The position numbers and the translations under genes were made by a program. From Calditrichia bacterium (GTDB lineage: Bacteria; Calditrichota; Calditrichia; JAJRVZ01): 64,000 bases of DNA. The DNA lies in NCBI GenBank assembly GCA_963777955.1, contig CAVZSQ010000021.1, positions 96,001 through 160,000 on the forward strand, written 5' to 3'. The notes under the pieces were generated by a model that was not told the origin of the DNA, did not search any database, and saw nothing but the letters and a program-made list of their open reading frames with translations. This document shows positions 1-8,928 of the stretch, piece by piece. Each line of letters begins with the position of its first letter. The stretch's first letter is position 1.

Positions 1-1
1 T

Positions 2-622
2 ACTTTTAACGTTAATGATTTTAGTTATCCGGCTATTATAAAACCGTTATCGGAAGGAAGCAGTAAAGGGATATTTAATGATTCCGTGGTGAAATCATCC
101 CGGGAAGCAAAAGAAAGAATTAAATCCAAACTTGATCAATATCGCCAACCGGTATTAATCGAAAAATTTCTGCAAGGCGCAGAATTCACGGTCGCCCTGT
201 GGGGTAATAATGATCAGATCGAAGTATTGCCCATCGTCGCGATCAATTACCAGCAGTTGCCGGCTGAGGCTCATCCGATTTATTCTTACGAGGCCAAATG
301 GATCTGGGATACACCGGATAAACCGCTGGAGATCTTCCAGTGTCCGGCCAGGATATCCGCCACCCTGCAAAAACGAATTGCCGCAACCGCGCGAACGGCC
401 TATCAGGTGCTGAATATACGGGATTGGTGCCGCATCGATATTCGTCTGGATGAGAATAAGATTCCCAACGTTCTGGAGTTAAACCCGCTGCCCGGCATTT
501 TACCGGATCCTAAAGATAATTCCTGTTTTCCCAAAGCGGCCAGGACCGCAGGTTATAATTATGCGTCCATGTTGCAAAAAGTTGTACAGATTGCAGCCCG
601 CCGAAACGGCCTGCAAGCTTAA
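2..622 (+). CDS. D-Ala-D-Ala ligase-like ATP-grasp protein (5' truncated by window edge)
   Basis: Frame is open from base 2 (..YPAIIKPLSEGSSKGI..). Motifs EKFLQGAEFTV, YEAKW, CRIDIR, LELNPLPG. Confidence 0.9.
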   Translation, partial: TFNVNDFSYPAIIKPLSEGSSKGIFNDSVVKSSREAKERIKSKLDQYRQPVLIEKFLQGAEFTVALWGNNDQIEVLPIVAINYQQLPAEAHPIYSYEAKWIWDTPDKPLEIFQCPARISATLQKRIAATARTAYQVLNIRDWCRIDIRLDENKIPNVLELNPLPGILPDPKDNSCFPKAARTAGYNYASMLQKVVQIAARRNGLQA

Positions 623-636
623 ATGGAATTGTCAAG

Positions 637-1638
637 ATGAAAGTATTTCTGGCTTATAACGATCCTCCTAAATTAGAAGAAGAACCCGATCTGATCGATC
701 TCGTTTCCGAACAGGCTATCAGGGAAGAGATGGAAGCGGTCCGGGATGCCTTGCTGAAATTGGGTCATGTGGTGGAATGTATGCCGATCGACCACATTGA
801 AAAGGATCTGAAAAAAATTAATCAGTTTAAACCGGATCTGATCTTTAACCTCGTTGAGGGTTATAAAGGGGATGCCGGCATGGAAATGGGTATTGCCGGT
901 TTATGGGAGTTGAAAGGAATTACCTACACCGGTAATTCTGCCTTGACCCTGGGCCTGGCCCAGAATAAAGCCATGGCCAAAAAATTGTTCCAGGCAGAGA
1001 GCATCCTCACCCCTGATTTTGAAGTATACGAAAGAAGCCCCAAGAAAACCGGTTTAACCTTTCCCTTAATCGTCAAACCTTCGCGCGAGGACGCCAGTCT
1101 GGGCATAACCCAGAATTCGATCGTACATGATCTGCCGCAATTACAGAAAGTCGTGGTGGAAGTTTTAAAGAAATATTCGCAACCGGTACTGGTCGAACAA
1201 TTCATCGACGGCCGGGAATTTAATATCAGCATCCTGGGTAATAATCCCATCCATATTCTGCCAATTTCGGAGATCGATTTCAGTACTCTGGATCCTGGTC
1301 TGTATCCCATTACCACCTATGAAGCGAAATGGATGCCTGACGATCCGCAGTATAAAAAGACACTGCCCCATTGCCCGGCGGAAATTTCTGCCAATCTGAA
1401 AAAACGGTTGGAAGATACTGCCTTATCGGTGTATCGCCTGTTGCGCGGTCGCGATTATGGACGTGTAGATGTACGCATGGATCACCATTCAGATATTTAT
1501 GTACTGGAATATAATCCCAATCCGGATATCTCTCCCGATGCCGGTTTCATACGGTCCCTGAGAGCCGGTGGATACGAATACGAGGATTTTGTTTCGATCG
1601 TCCTGAAGGAAGCTGCCAAGAGGAAAGCTAATGGTTAA
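637..1638 (+). CDS. Second D-Ala-D-Ala ligase-like ATP-grasp protein
   Basis: Motifs FNLVEG, YTGN, FPLIVKPSREDASLG, EQFIDGREF, YEAKW, YGRVD, LEYNPNPD. Confidence 0.9.
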   Translation: MKVFLAYNDPPKLEEEPDLIDLVSEQAIREEMEAVRDALLKLGHVVECMPIDHIEKDLKKINQFKPDLIFNLVEGYKGDAGMEMGIAGLWELKGITYTGNSALTLGLAQNKAMAKKLFQAESILTPDFEVYERSPKKTGLTFPLIVKPSREDASLGITQNSIVHDLPQLQKVVVEVLKKYSQPVLVEQFIDGREFNISILGNNPIHILPISEIDFSTLDPGLYPITTYEAKWMPDDPQYKKTLPHCPAEISANLKKRLEDTALSVYRLLRGRDYGRVDVRMDHHSDIYVLEYNPNPDISPDAGFIRSLRAGGYEYEDFVSIVLKEAAKRKANG

Positions 1639-2113
1639 ACTGCGAACAATGACGTCGCCGGACCGGGAGCAGATACAAACCATCCTGATTCGTACAGGTT
1701 TTTTTAGCGCTGCTGAAATTGACGTAGCCATGGAATTAGTCGATATCTTCCTATCCCGGCCGGAACAGCAAGACTATTTTGTCTATGTCGCCGAATCTGA
1801 TTCTGCACGGATAAGCGGCTATCTGTGCTTTGGTCCCACTCCGTTGACTGCTGGTACCTACGATCTGTATTGGATTGCCGTGCATCCCGAATTTCAGAAC
1901 CAGGGCATCGGTAAGAAAATGCTGACTTTCTTAGAACAGGAAGTCACCCGTTTGCAGGGACGTCTGATAATTATTGAAACATCTTCGCAAAAAAAATATG
2001 CATCGACCCAGGCATTTTATCTGCGTAGCGGCTATCAGTTGGCTGCGCAGATTAAAGATTTTTATCAGCCTGGTGATGATCGAATGATCTATTCTAAATA
2101 CATTAAAAATTAA
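1631..2113 (+). CDS. GNAT family N-acetyltransferase
   Basis: AcCoA motif A (IAVHPEFQNQGIGKKML) and FYLRSGY; start overlaps the upstream gene by 8 nt. Confidence 0.9.
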   Translation: MVKLRTMTSPDREQIQTILIRTGFFSAAEIDVAMELVDIFLSRPEQQDYFVYVAESDSARISGYLCFGPTPLTAGTYDLYWIAVHPEFQNQGIGKKMLTFLEQEVTRLQGRLIIIETSSQKKYASTQAFYLRSGYQLAAQIKDFYQPGDDRMIYSKYIKN

Positions 2114-2128
2114 AGGAGTCGCCTTACC

Positions 2129-3232
2129 ATGGAACGCTGGCAAAAGATACTACGGAACAGCCTGACCAAGCCGGATGAAATCGCCAAACGCTTCAATATC
2201 CCGCTGGAAGATATACAGGAGGTTGAACAGGAATTCAAAATTCGTATTACTCCCCACTATCTATCTCTGATCAAAGAGAAAGGGGATCCGATTTACCGCC
2301 AGATCGTGCCGGATAAAAATGAACTGGTCGATAATGAATTAATGGAAGATCCCCTGGGAGAAGACCGGGACTCTCCGGTGCATAATGTCGTGCACAGGTA
2401 TCCTGACCGCGTTTTATTCTTAATCAGTCATGTCTGCGCATCCTATTGCCGCTTCTGCACCCGTAAGCGCAAAGTGGGCGATCCGACAAAAATCAGTTGG
2501 CGTTTTATCGATGAAGGCATCGAATATATTGCAGCTCATCCTGAAGTCCGGGATGTTATTTTATCCGGCGGTGATCCTTTGCTGCTGTTAGATGAAAAAA
2601 TCGAATACGTACTGCAGAATTTACGGCGCATACCCCATGTGGAAATTATCCGTATCCATACCCGGGTACCGGTGTTCCTGCCGCAGCGCATAACCGCCAA
2701 ATTGGTTAAAATGCTGAAAAAATATCATCCGCTGTATGTAAACGTTCACTTTAACCACCCGGATGAATTGGCCCCCATTACAGTCAAGGCACTGGGCCGT
2801 CTGGCCGATGCCGGTATCCCGCTGGGAAATCAGTCCGTACTGCTTAAAGGGGTTAACGATGATCCGGAAACGATGAAAAAATTGATGCAGAAATTATTAC
2901 AAGCCCGGGTAAAACCTTATTACATCTATCAGGCCGATATGGTTTTCGGAACCGAACATCTGCGCACCAAGGTTGAAAAAGGGCTGGAAATCATGGAAGC
3001 CCTGCGCGGCTGGACTTCAGGGATGGCCAATCCCTACTTCGTCATCGACGCACCGGGCGGAGGAGGGAAAATTCCCTTATTACCCAACTATGTTCTGCGG
3101 CTTACTGAGGAAGAGGTCGTGTTGCGTAATTATAGCGGACGGGTATTCCGCTATACCCAGACCGTGCAGAATGGGAAAATGCAGATCGAAGAATTGCTGG
3201 CCGAAGAAATTCAAACGTATCTGAAAGATTAA
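2129..3232 (+). CDS. kamA: KamA family radical SAM / lysine 2,3-aminomutase
   Basis: HRYPDR, CASYCRFCTR (CxxxCxxC), SGGDPL, HFNHP, NQSVLLKGVND, PLP loop DAPGGGGK; RBS aaggag. Confidence 0.92.
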   Translation: MERWQKILRNSLTKPDEIAKRFNIPLEDIQEVEQEFKIRITPHYLSLIKEKGDPIYRQIVPDKNELVDNELMEDPLGEDRDSPVHNVVHRYPDRVLFLISHVCASYCRFCTRKRKVGDPTKISWRFIDEGIEYIAAHPEVRDVILSGGDPLLLLDEKIEYVLQNLRRIPHVEIIRIHTRVPVFLPQRITAKLVKMLKKYHPLYVNVHFNHPDELAPITVKALGRLADAGIPLGNQSVLLKGVNDDPETMKKLMQKLLQARVKPYYIYQADMVFGTEHLRTKVEKGLEIMEALRGWTSGMANPYFVIDAPGGGGKIPLLPNYVLRLTEEEVVLRNYSGRVFRYTQTVQNGKMQIEELLAEEIQTYLKD

Positions 3233-3236
3233 TTTT

Positions 3237-3560
3237 CTATAATTCAGCGCGGCGCAATAATTTTTTTAGATTACGAATACGTCCCCGCACCTGCAATAGT
3301 TGATCGTGATTCTTGCTTTTAATAGCTTCAGCGCGTTGCATTTTTAATTGCCTGATCTCGGTCTTAATTCCGGATTTATTGATTCCCACCACCTGATGGT
3401 GTACAAACATATCAATATTTAAGGCTTTGCATAAGGCCGCCAGCAGATGCTCTTTATTCAACTGCGTATGCCCCTTAAGAGCCTCGTGCTCGATCCCGGC
3501 TGCGATTTCCCGCATTTCGGCAACTGTCTTTTTCTTCAATTCCTCATAAGTATAAGCCAT
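3237..3560 (-). CDS. Small basic protein with Rho N-terminal-like helical domain and C-terminal coiled coil
   Basis: EELKKKTVAEMREIA..LNKEHL resembles the N-terminus of Rho in this window ([21 protein letters not shown]); RBS ggagg. Confidence 0.7.
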   Translation of the reverse strand: MAYTYEELKKKTVAEMREIAAGIEHEALKGHTQLNKEHLLAALCKALNIDMFVHHQVVGINKSGIKTEIRQLKMQRAEAIKSKNHDQLLQVRGRIRNLKKLLRRAEL

Positions 3561-3676
3561 AAAACCAACCTCCCTTTGATCATTGTATGAATTAAACTCA
3601 ATATATTAATTCAGAGATTCAATTTCTAAGGAAATTTTATTGCGTCCTTGATAACGGCAGATCCTGTACTTTGATA

Positions 3677-3705
3677 TTGCCCGTCACCATGAACTTGAAT
3701 AAATT
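3677..3705 (+). promoter_or_regulatory. Putative sigma70 promoter of the M3 peptidase gene
   Basis: TTGCCC-N17-TAAATT. Confidence 0.45.
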
Positions 3706-3764
3706 TTGTTTTAGAACCTGGCTTTGCCGGTCCTGTCATCAATATAAAGAACGGAGAGGAAAAA

Positions 3765-5861
3765 ATGAAGATGCCCGTAATTTTTTTATTGTTTGTCAGC
3801 CTGCTTTATATTACCTGCTCCCGGCAGGAGTCTAATCCATTCTTCAGCGAATATCAGACCCCCTTTAAAACACCCCCTTTTGATAAAATAAAGGATCAGC
3901 ATTATAAACCTGCTTTTTTAGCCGGTATCAAACAACAGCAGGAACAAGTTGCGGCTATTGCCGGCAATAGCGAACCGCCAACCTTTACTAATACCGTTGC
4001 CGCCCTGGATTACAGCGGCGAATTACTTACCAAAGTCAGCAATGTTTTCAACAACTTACATTCGGCACATACCAGTGATACCCTGCAGCAGATCGCCAGG
4101 GATATGGCGCCCCTTCTGTCCAAAAACCGCGATGACATTTTTCTGAATGATCAACTGTTTCAACGCCTTAAAACCGTTTATGAACAACAGGATTCACTTC
4201 TGTTGCAGGCCGAACAAAAGATGCTGCTGAAAAAATATTACCAGAATTTTGTACGCGGCGGCGCAAATCTGGCTAACACCAGCAAGGAAGAATTAAGAGA
4301 TATCAATAAGCAACTTTCCGAACTGGCTCTGCAATTCGGTGAAAATGTGCTGAAAGAAGATAATGCTTTCACCTTGATCATAACTGACCAGCAAGACCTG
4401 GCCGGACTTCCGCCCAATATCGTCACCGCCGCAGCCGATGCTGCCAAAGAACAAAATAAAGAGGGTAAATGGATCTTTACTTTACATAAACCAAGCCTGA
4501 TCCCCTTCCTGCAATATTCCGCTAAGCGGGATCTGCGGGAAAGGATGTTCAGGGCCTATATCAATCGCGGCAATAACAATGATCAACTGGATAATAAATC
4601 CATTCTGACCGGAATCGTAGACCTGCGTATCAAAAAAGCCAGACTACTGGGTTATCAGACTTATGCCGATTTTGTCCTGGAAGAAAATATGGCTCAAAAT
4701 CCTCAAAATGTTTATACCCTGCTCAACGAGTTGTGGAGTCCCGCCCTGACCATGGCTAAAAAGGAGGCGCTGGCTCTGCAGGAAATGATCCGCAAAGAGG
4801 GACATACCTTTAAACTGCAGCCCTGGGACTGGTGGTACTATACTGAAAAGTTAAGGAAAGAAAAATATTCCCTGGCCGAGGAATTGCTGCGCCCTTATTT
4901 CAAATTGGAGCAGGTGATCGATGGTGCCTTTATGGTAGCCAGTAAACTATATGGCATTACCTTTACCGAGAGGAAAGATATCCCCACCTATCATCCGGAT
5001 GTTAAGGTATTTGAACTGCAGGAAGCCGACGGAAAACATATCGGAATTTTATTCACCGATTATTTCCCACGGAGCAGTAAACGCGGCGGCGCCTGGATGA
5101 ATGACTTTCGCGGACAATATAAAAAGGATGAAGAGAATATCACCCCGATAATTGTCAATGTGGGGAATTTTTCCAAGCCCACCAGCACACAACCGGCCCT
5201 GCTCAGTTTTGAGGAGGTTTCCACGCTGTTCCATGAATTTGGACATGCGCTGCACGGCCTGCTGTCAAACTGCACTTATCCTCTGCTCTCGGGTACCTCC
5301 GTACCGCGTGATTTTGTGGAACTCCCGTCACAGATCATGGAAAACTGGGCCTGCGCTCCCGAAGTCATGAAAATGTATGCCAGGCATTATCAAACCCATG
5401 AACCTATTCCCGATGAATTGATTGCCAAACTTAAACAATCAGAAAAATTTAACCAGGGTTTTATCACCGTGGAATATCTGGCTGCATCTTTTCTTGATCT
5501 GGCCTGGCATACTTTGACTGAATCTAAAGAAATCGGCGTACTGGAATTTGAGAACAACGCCCTGCAAAAAATCGGACTGATTCCGGAAATCGTGACCCGC
5601 TATCGCAGTCCGTATTTCCAGCACATCTTTTCCGGCGGATATTCTGCGGGATATTACAGTTACATCTGGGCCGAGGTGCTGGATGCCGATGCCTTCCAGG
5701 CTTTTAAAGAAAAAGGATTGTTCGATCCGCAGACAGCCAGGGCTTTTCGTGAAAATATTTTAGCCAGCGGCGGTTCCGCAGATCCGCTGGTGCTCTATAA
5801 AAGATTCCGCGGAGCCGAACCGCAAAAGGAGGCCCTGCTGGAACGAAGAGGATTAAATTAA
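3765..5861 (+). CDS. dcp: M3 family metallopeptidase (peptidyl-dipeptidase Dcp-like), probable lipoprotein
   Basis: FHEFGHALH, DFVELPSQIME, KRGGAWM, HIFSGGYSAGYYSY; hydrophobic signal ending in Cys (LLYITC). Confidence 0.92.
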   Translation: MKMPVIFLLFVSLLYITCSRQESNPFFSEYQTPFKTPPFDKIKDQHYKPAFLAGIKQQQEQVAAIAGNSEPPTFTNTVAALDYSGELLTKVSNVFNNLHSAHTSDTLQQIARDMAPLLSKNRDDIFLNDQLFQRLKTVYEQQDSLLLQAEQKMLLKKYYQNFVRGGANLANTSKEELRDINKQLSELALQFGENVLKEDNAFTLIITDQQDLAGLPPNIVTAAADAAKEQNKEGKWIFTLHKPSLIPFLQYSAKRDLRERMFRAYINRGNNNDQLDNKSILTGIVDLRIKKARLLGYQTYADFVLEENMAQNPQNVYTLLNELWSPALTMAKKEALALQEMIRKEGHTFKLQPWDWWYYTEKLRKEKYSLAEELLRPYFKLEQVIDGAFMVASKLYGITFTERKDIPTYHPDVKVFELQEADGKHIGILFTDYFPRSSKRGGAWMNDFRGQYKKDEENITPIIVNVGNFSKPTSTQPALLSFEEVSTLFHEFGHALHGLLSNCTYPLLSGTSVPRDFVELPSQIMENWACAPEVMKMYARHYQTHEPIPDELIAKLKQSEKFNQGFITVEYLAASFLDLAWHTLTESKEIGVLEFENNALQKIGLIPEIVTRYRSPYFQHIFSGGYSAGYYSYIWAEVLDADAFQAFKEKGLFDPQTARAFRENILASGGSADPLVLYKRFRGAEPQKEALLERRGLN

Positions 5862-5880
5862 ATAAATGTCAAAATCATAA

Positions 5881-5909
5881 TTGTAAATCTCGCATAAAAA
5901 AAATAAATT
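5881..5909 (+). promoter_or_regulatory. Putative sigma70 promoter of hppA
   Basis: TTGTAA-N17-TAAATT; RBS aaggagg before the ATG at 5998. Confidence 0.5.
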
Positions 5910-5997
5910 AAGTGACTCAGATATTGAAATTCAAATCGAGCGCGAAATCATCGATCATATAATCATCTGACTGTACTTATATAAAGGAGGTTGAATA

Positions 5998-8223
5998 ATG
6001 AATAGTGGTAATTTACTCACCCTGGTCTTATCGATCAGTGTTCTGGGATTAATCGCTGCCGCCTGGATGGCACGGTGGGTATTGAAACAAGCTATGGGCC
6101 AGGAAAAAATGGTGAAAATTCATCTGGCCATTAAAGAAGGAGCCGAAGCATTCCTGAGACGTCAGAATAAAACGATTCTTTTTCTGGCTTTTCTATTTGC
6201 AGTGTTTGTATTTGTCGGCTATGGCTTTCTGCGGCCGGCCAGTCCGCATGATCCGCTCGACCGTATAACCCTGGCCCTGTGGATTATGATTTCATTCGTA
6301 CTGGGGGCCTTATGTTCCGTTATTGCCGGTTATGTCGGCATGTGGGTCAGCATTCGTGCCAATATCCGTACCGCCACAGCGGCGATGAGCAGCCTTAACA
6401 ACGCCCTGCGCACCGCTTTACGCGGCGGGGCAGTATCGGGATTACTGGTAGTGGCTTTGAGTTTATTAGGCGTTGGCGGTTTATATGCCCTGGTCACAAT
6501 ATTTTCACCAAGCGTACCAGTAGAAAAAATTCCATTATTAATCGTCGGCTATGGTTTTGGTGCCAGTTTTGTTGCCTTGTTTGCCCAACTGGGCGGTGGA
6601 ATTTATACCAAGGCTGCAGATGTCGGTGCTGACCTGGTGGGAAAAGTGGAAGCAGGAATTCCGGAGGATGATCCGCGCAATCCGGCAGTCATCGCTGACC
6701 TGGTGGGCGATAATGTCGGGGATTGTGCCGGTAGAGGGGCTGATTTATTCGAATCCACCGCAGCTGAAAATATAGGAGCAATGATCCTGGGAGCTACGGT
6801 TGCTCTGCAATCACAAAAAATGGGTATTGCCCTGGCCGCCGGTACCATTGGCTTTATGATGTTCCCCCTGGTTGCCCGTGCTTTTGGAATTATTGCTTCG
6901 ATAGTTGGCATTTTAGCAGTGAAGGTAAAAGAAAAAGAAGATCCGATGCAGGCCCTGAATCGCGGTTATTATATCGCCGTGCTGTTGGCCATGATCGCCT
7001 TCGGTGTAACCTCCCGCTGGCTATTATACAGTGAGCAATTGCCAAATGCCTGGTTATATTTCTTTGGATGCGGTATAATTGGAGTATTGACCTCGGTGGC
7101 CATAGTTTATATCACACAATATTACACTGAATATAAATACCGGCCGGTTAAAAGTATTGCCGAAGCAAGCAAAACCGGACCGGCTACAAATATTATCGCC
7201 GGGATTGCTGTCGGATTTGAATGCACAGCTCTGCCGGTACTCGTTATCTCAGTCGCTATTCTGGCTTCTTACTATCTGGGAAACATGTCGGGTTATCCTC
7301 ATGCCGGATTTTTTGGAACGGCCGTTGCCACCATGGGTATGCTGGCTACCGCCGCCTACATTCTGGCTATGGATACCTTCGGTCCAATCAGTGATAATGC
7401 CGGCGGTATAGTAGAAATGAGCCAGCAACCGGAAGAAGTACGTGTTAAAACCGATCGCCTGGATGCTGTTGGGAATACAACGAAAGCATTGACCAAAGGA
7501 TATGCTATCGGTTCGGCAGCCCTGGCCGCATTTTTACTGTTTATGGCTTATATGGATGAAATTCAGGCCTATACGGGTAGGATTTTTGATGTGGTCAATA
7601 TTAAAGAACCCGCCGTCTTTGTCGCTGGTTTATTGGGCGGAATGCTGGTGTTCCTGTTTTCTGCCCTGGCTATCCGTGCCGTCGGCAGAGCCAGCCAGGC
7701 CATTATCAGTGAAGTACGGGATCAATATAAATCTCTGCCAAGAATTAACGATATCATACAGTTCACCTCCGATTTCAAACCCAATTACGGGGCCTGCGTC
7801 GATATCGTCACTAAAAGCGCCTTGCGGCAGATGATCCTGCCAGGATTGCTGGCAGTTCTGATGCCCATCTCCGTTGGACTTCTTTTCCGTATGTTTATCT
7901 CCCCGGAGCAACCGTTGATCGCTGCTGAGTCGGTCGCTTCCCTGTTAATGATCGGTACTATTGTTGGAATTTTAATGGCCACCTTCCTGAATAATGGCGG
8001 AGGCGCCTGGGATAATGCCAAAAAATATATTGAAGCCGGTGCGCATGGCGGAAAATATCTTACCGACAGCAAAGGAAATAAAACTAAAAATCCTATTCAT
8101 GGAGCCGCCGTGGTCGGTGATACGGTCGGAGATCCATTCAAAGATACAGCCGGACCTTCTCTCCATGTATTGATTAAATTATTATCAACGATCACACTGG
8201 TGCTGGCACCGCTATTCATTTAA
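5998..8223 (+). CDS. hppA: Membrane-bound proton-translocating pyrophosphatase, K+-independent type
   Basis: GGIYTKAADVGADLVGKVE, EDDPRNP, DLVGDNVGD, GNTTKA (Lys at the K+-dependence position), GDTVGDPFKD. Confidence 0.96.
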   Translation: MNSGNLLTLVLSISVLGLIAAAWMARWVLKQAMGQEKMVKIHLAIKEGAEAFLRRQNKTILFLAFLFAVFVFVGYGFLRPASPHDPLDRITLALWIMISFVLGALCSVIAGYVGMWVSIRANIRTATAAMSSLNNALRTALRGGAVSGLLVVALSLLGVGGLYALVTIFSPSVPVEKIPLLIVGYGFGASFVALFAQLGGGIYTKAADVGADLVGKVEAGIPEDDPRNPAVIADLVGDNVGDCAGRGADLFESTAAENIGAMILGATVALQSQKMGIALAAGTIGFMMFPLVARAFGIIASIVGILAVKVKEKEDPMQALNRGYYIAVLLAMIAFGVTSRWLLYSEQLPNAWLYFFGCGIIGVLTSVAIVYITQYYTEYKYRPVKSIAEASKTGPATNIIAGIAVGFECTALPVLVISVAILASYYLGNMSGYPHAGFFGTAVATMGMLATAAYILAMDTFGPISDNAGGIVEMSQQPEEVRVKTDRLDAVGNTTKALTKGYAIGSAALAAFLLFMAYMDEIQAYTGRIFDVVNIKEPAVFVAGLLGGMLVFLFSALAIRAVGRASQAIISEVRDQYKSLPRINDIIQFTSDFKPNYGACVDIVTKSALRQMILPGLLAVLMPISVGLLFRMFISPEQPLIAAESVASLLMIGTIVGILMATFLNNGGGAWDNAKKYIEAGAHGGKYLTDSKGNKTKNPIHGAAVVGDTVGDPFKDTAGPSLHVLIKLLSTITLVLAPLFI

Positions 8224-8312
8224 TATCCGGGATAGCGAAACAAGTACCTGCGCGGTAAAACGATCAATTAGTTTTTCATTCATCCCCGTCTGCAGTCATT
8301 TCAGGAAAGACA

Positions 8313-8745
8313 CTACACAGACGGGGATTTTTTTAAACGTATCCAGGCAGCATGATATTTCTTCATCCTTTCCTTGTCCTGTTCCGTAATCTCTTTCAAC
8401 CGTTTCAGGTCCATATTGTCTTCCAGATCCGCCAGTTTGATTTTTACAGCCAGCGCATGTCGGCTTAATCCGGTCAATAAATTGATCATACGATTCCTGC
8501 TTGCGCCTGGTCAAATAGTCCACCGTTTCAATTACCTGTGCCGGAAATCCTTCTTCCTGTAAGCCTTTCAGGGTCCAGCGGCTATCTTCCACCACATCAT
8601 GCAACACAGCAGCCATCATCTCCACATCGCTATCCAAACGCAGCATGACCCGCAGGGGGTGTAATATATAGGGAGCTCCGGCTTTATCCTTTTGACCTTT
8701 ATGTGCTTCGATCGCAATATGAATAGCACGTTCCAGATCTGACAT
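8313..8745 (-). CDS. HD-domain protein, small alarmone hydrolase (RelA/SpoT HD)-like; +1 frameshift near 8460
   Basis: AHKGQKDKAGAPYILHP and AAVLHDVVED; the alternate frame continues HALAVKIKLADLEDNMDL..KKSPSV* ending at 8313. Confidence 0.8.
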
Positions 8746-8928
8746 AATACTCCTCCTCCTCTTTATTAAATCAATTTGACAGGTTTTTACATAATAAGCT
8801 GCTGTGCTGCTTAGCTAGATTTAGGTCAGATAATACTTAGTGTCGTTAAGTTTTAATATATAAAATATATTAACTATATTTACTAAACTTGGAACATATT
8901 TTTTCGTACACCAGAATAAGCGAATTGG

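Noticed and set aside
2..1638. Vancomycin-resistance ligase cluster (van)
   Set aside because: No vanH/X/Y/T/R/S genes in the window, and the omega-loop residue is Trp rather than that of known Van ligases.
2129..3232. EpmB (EF-P beta-lysylation) or canonical ablAB operon
   Set aside because: No efp/epmA is adjacent, the GNAT is short and lies upstream, and two ligases are linked. Not fully excluded without a phylogeny.
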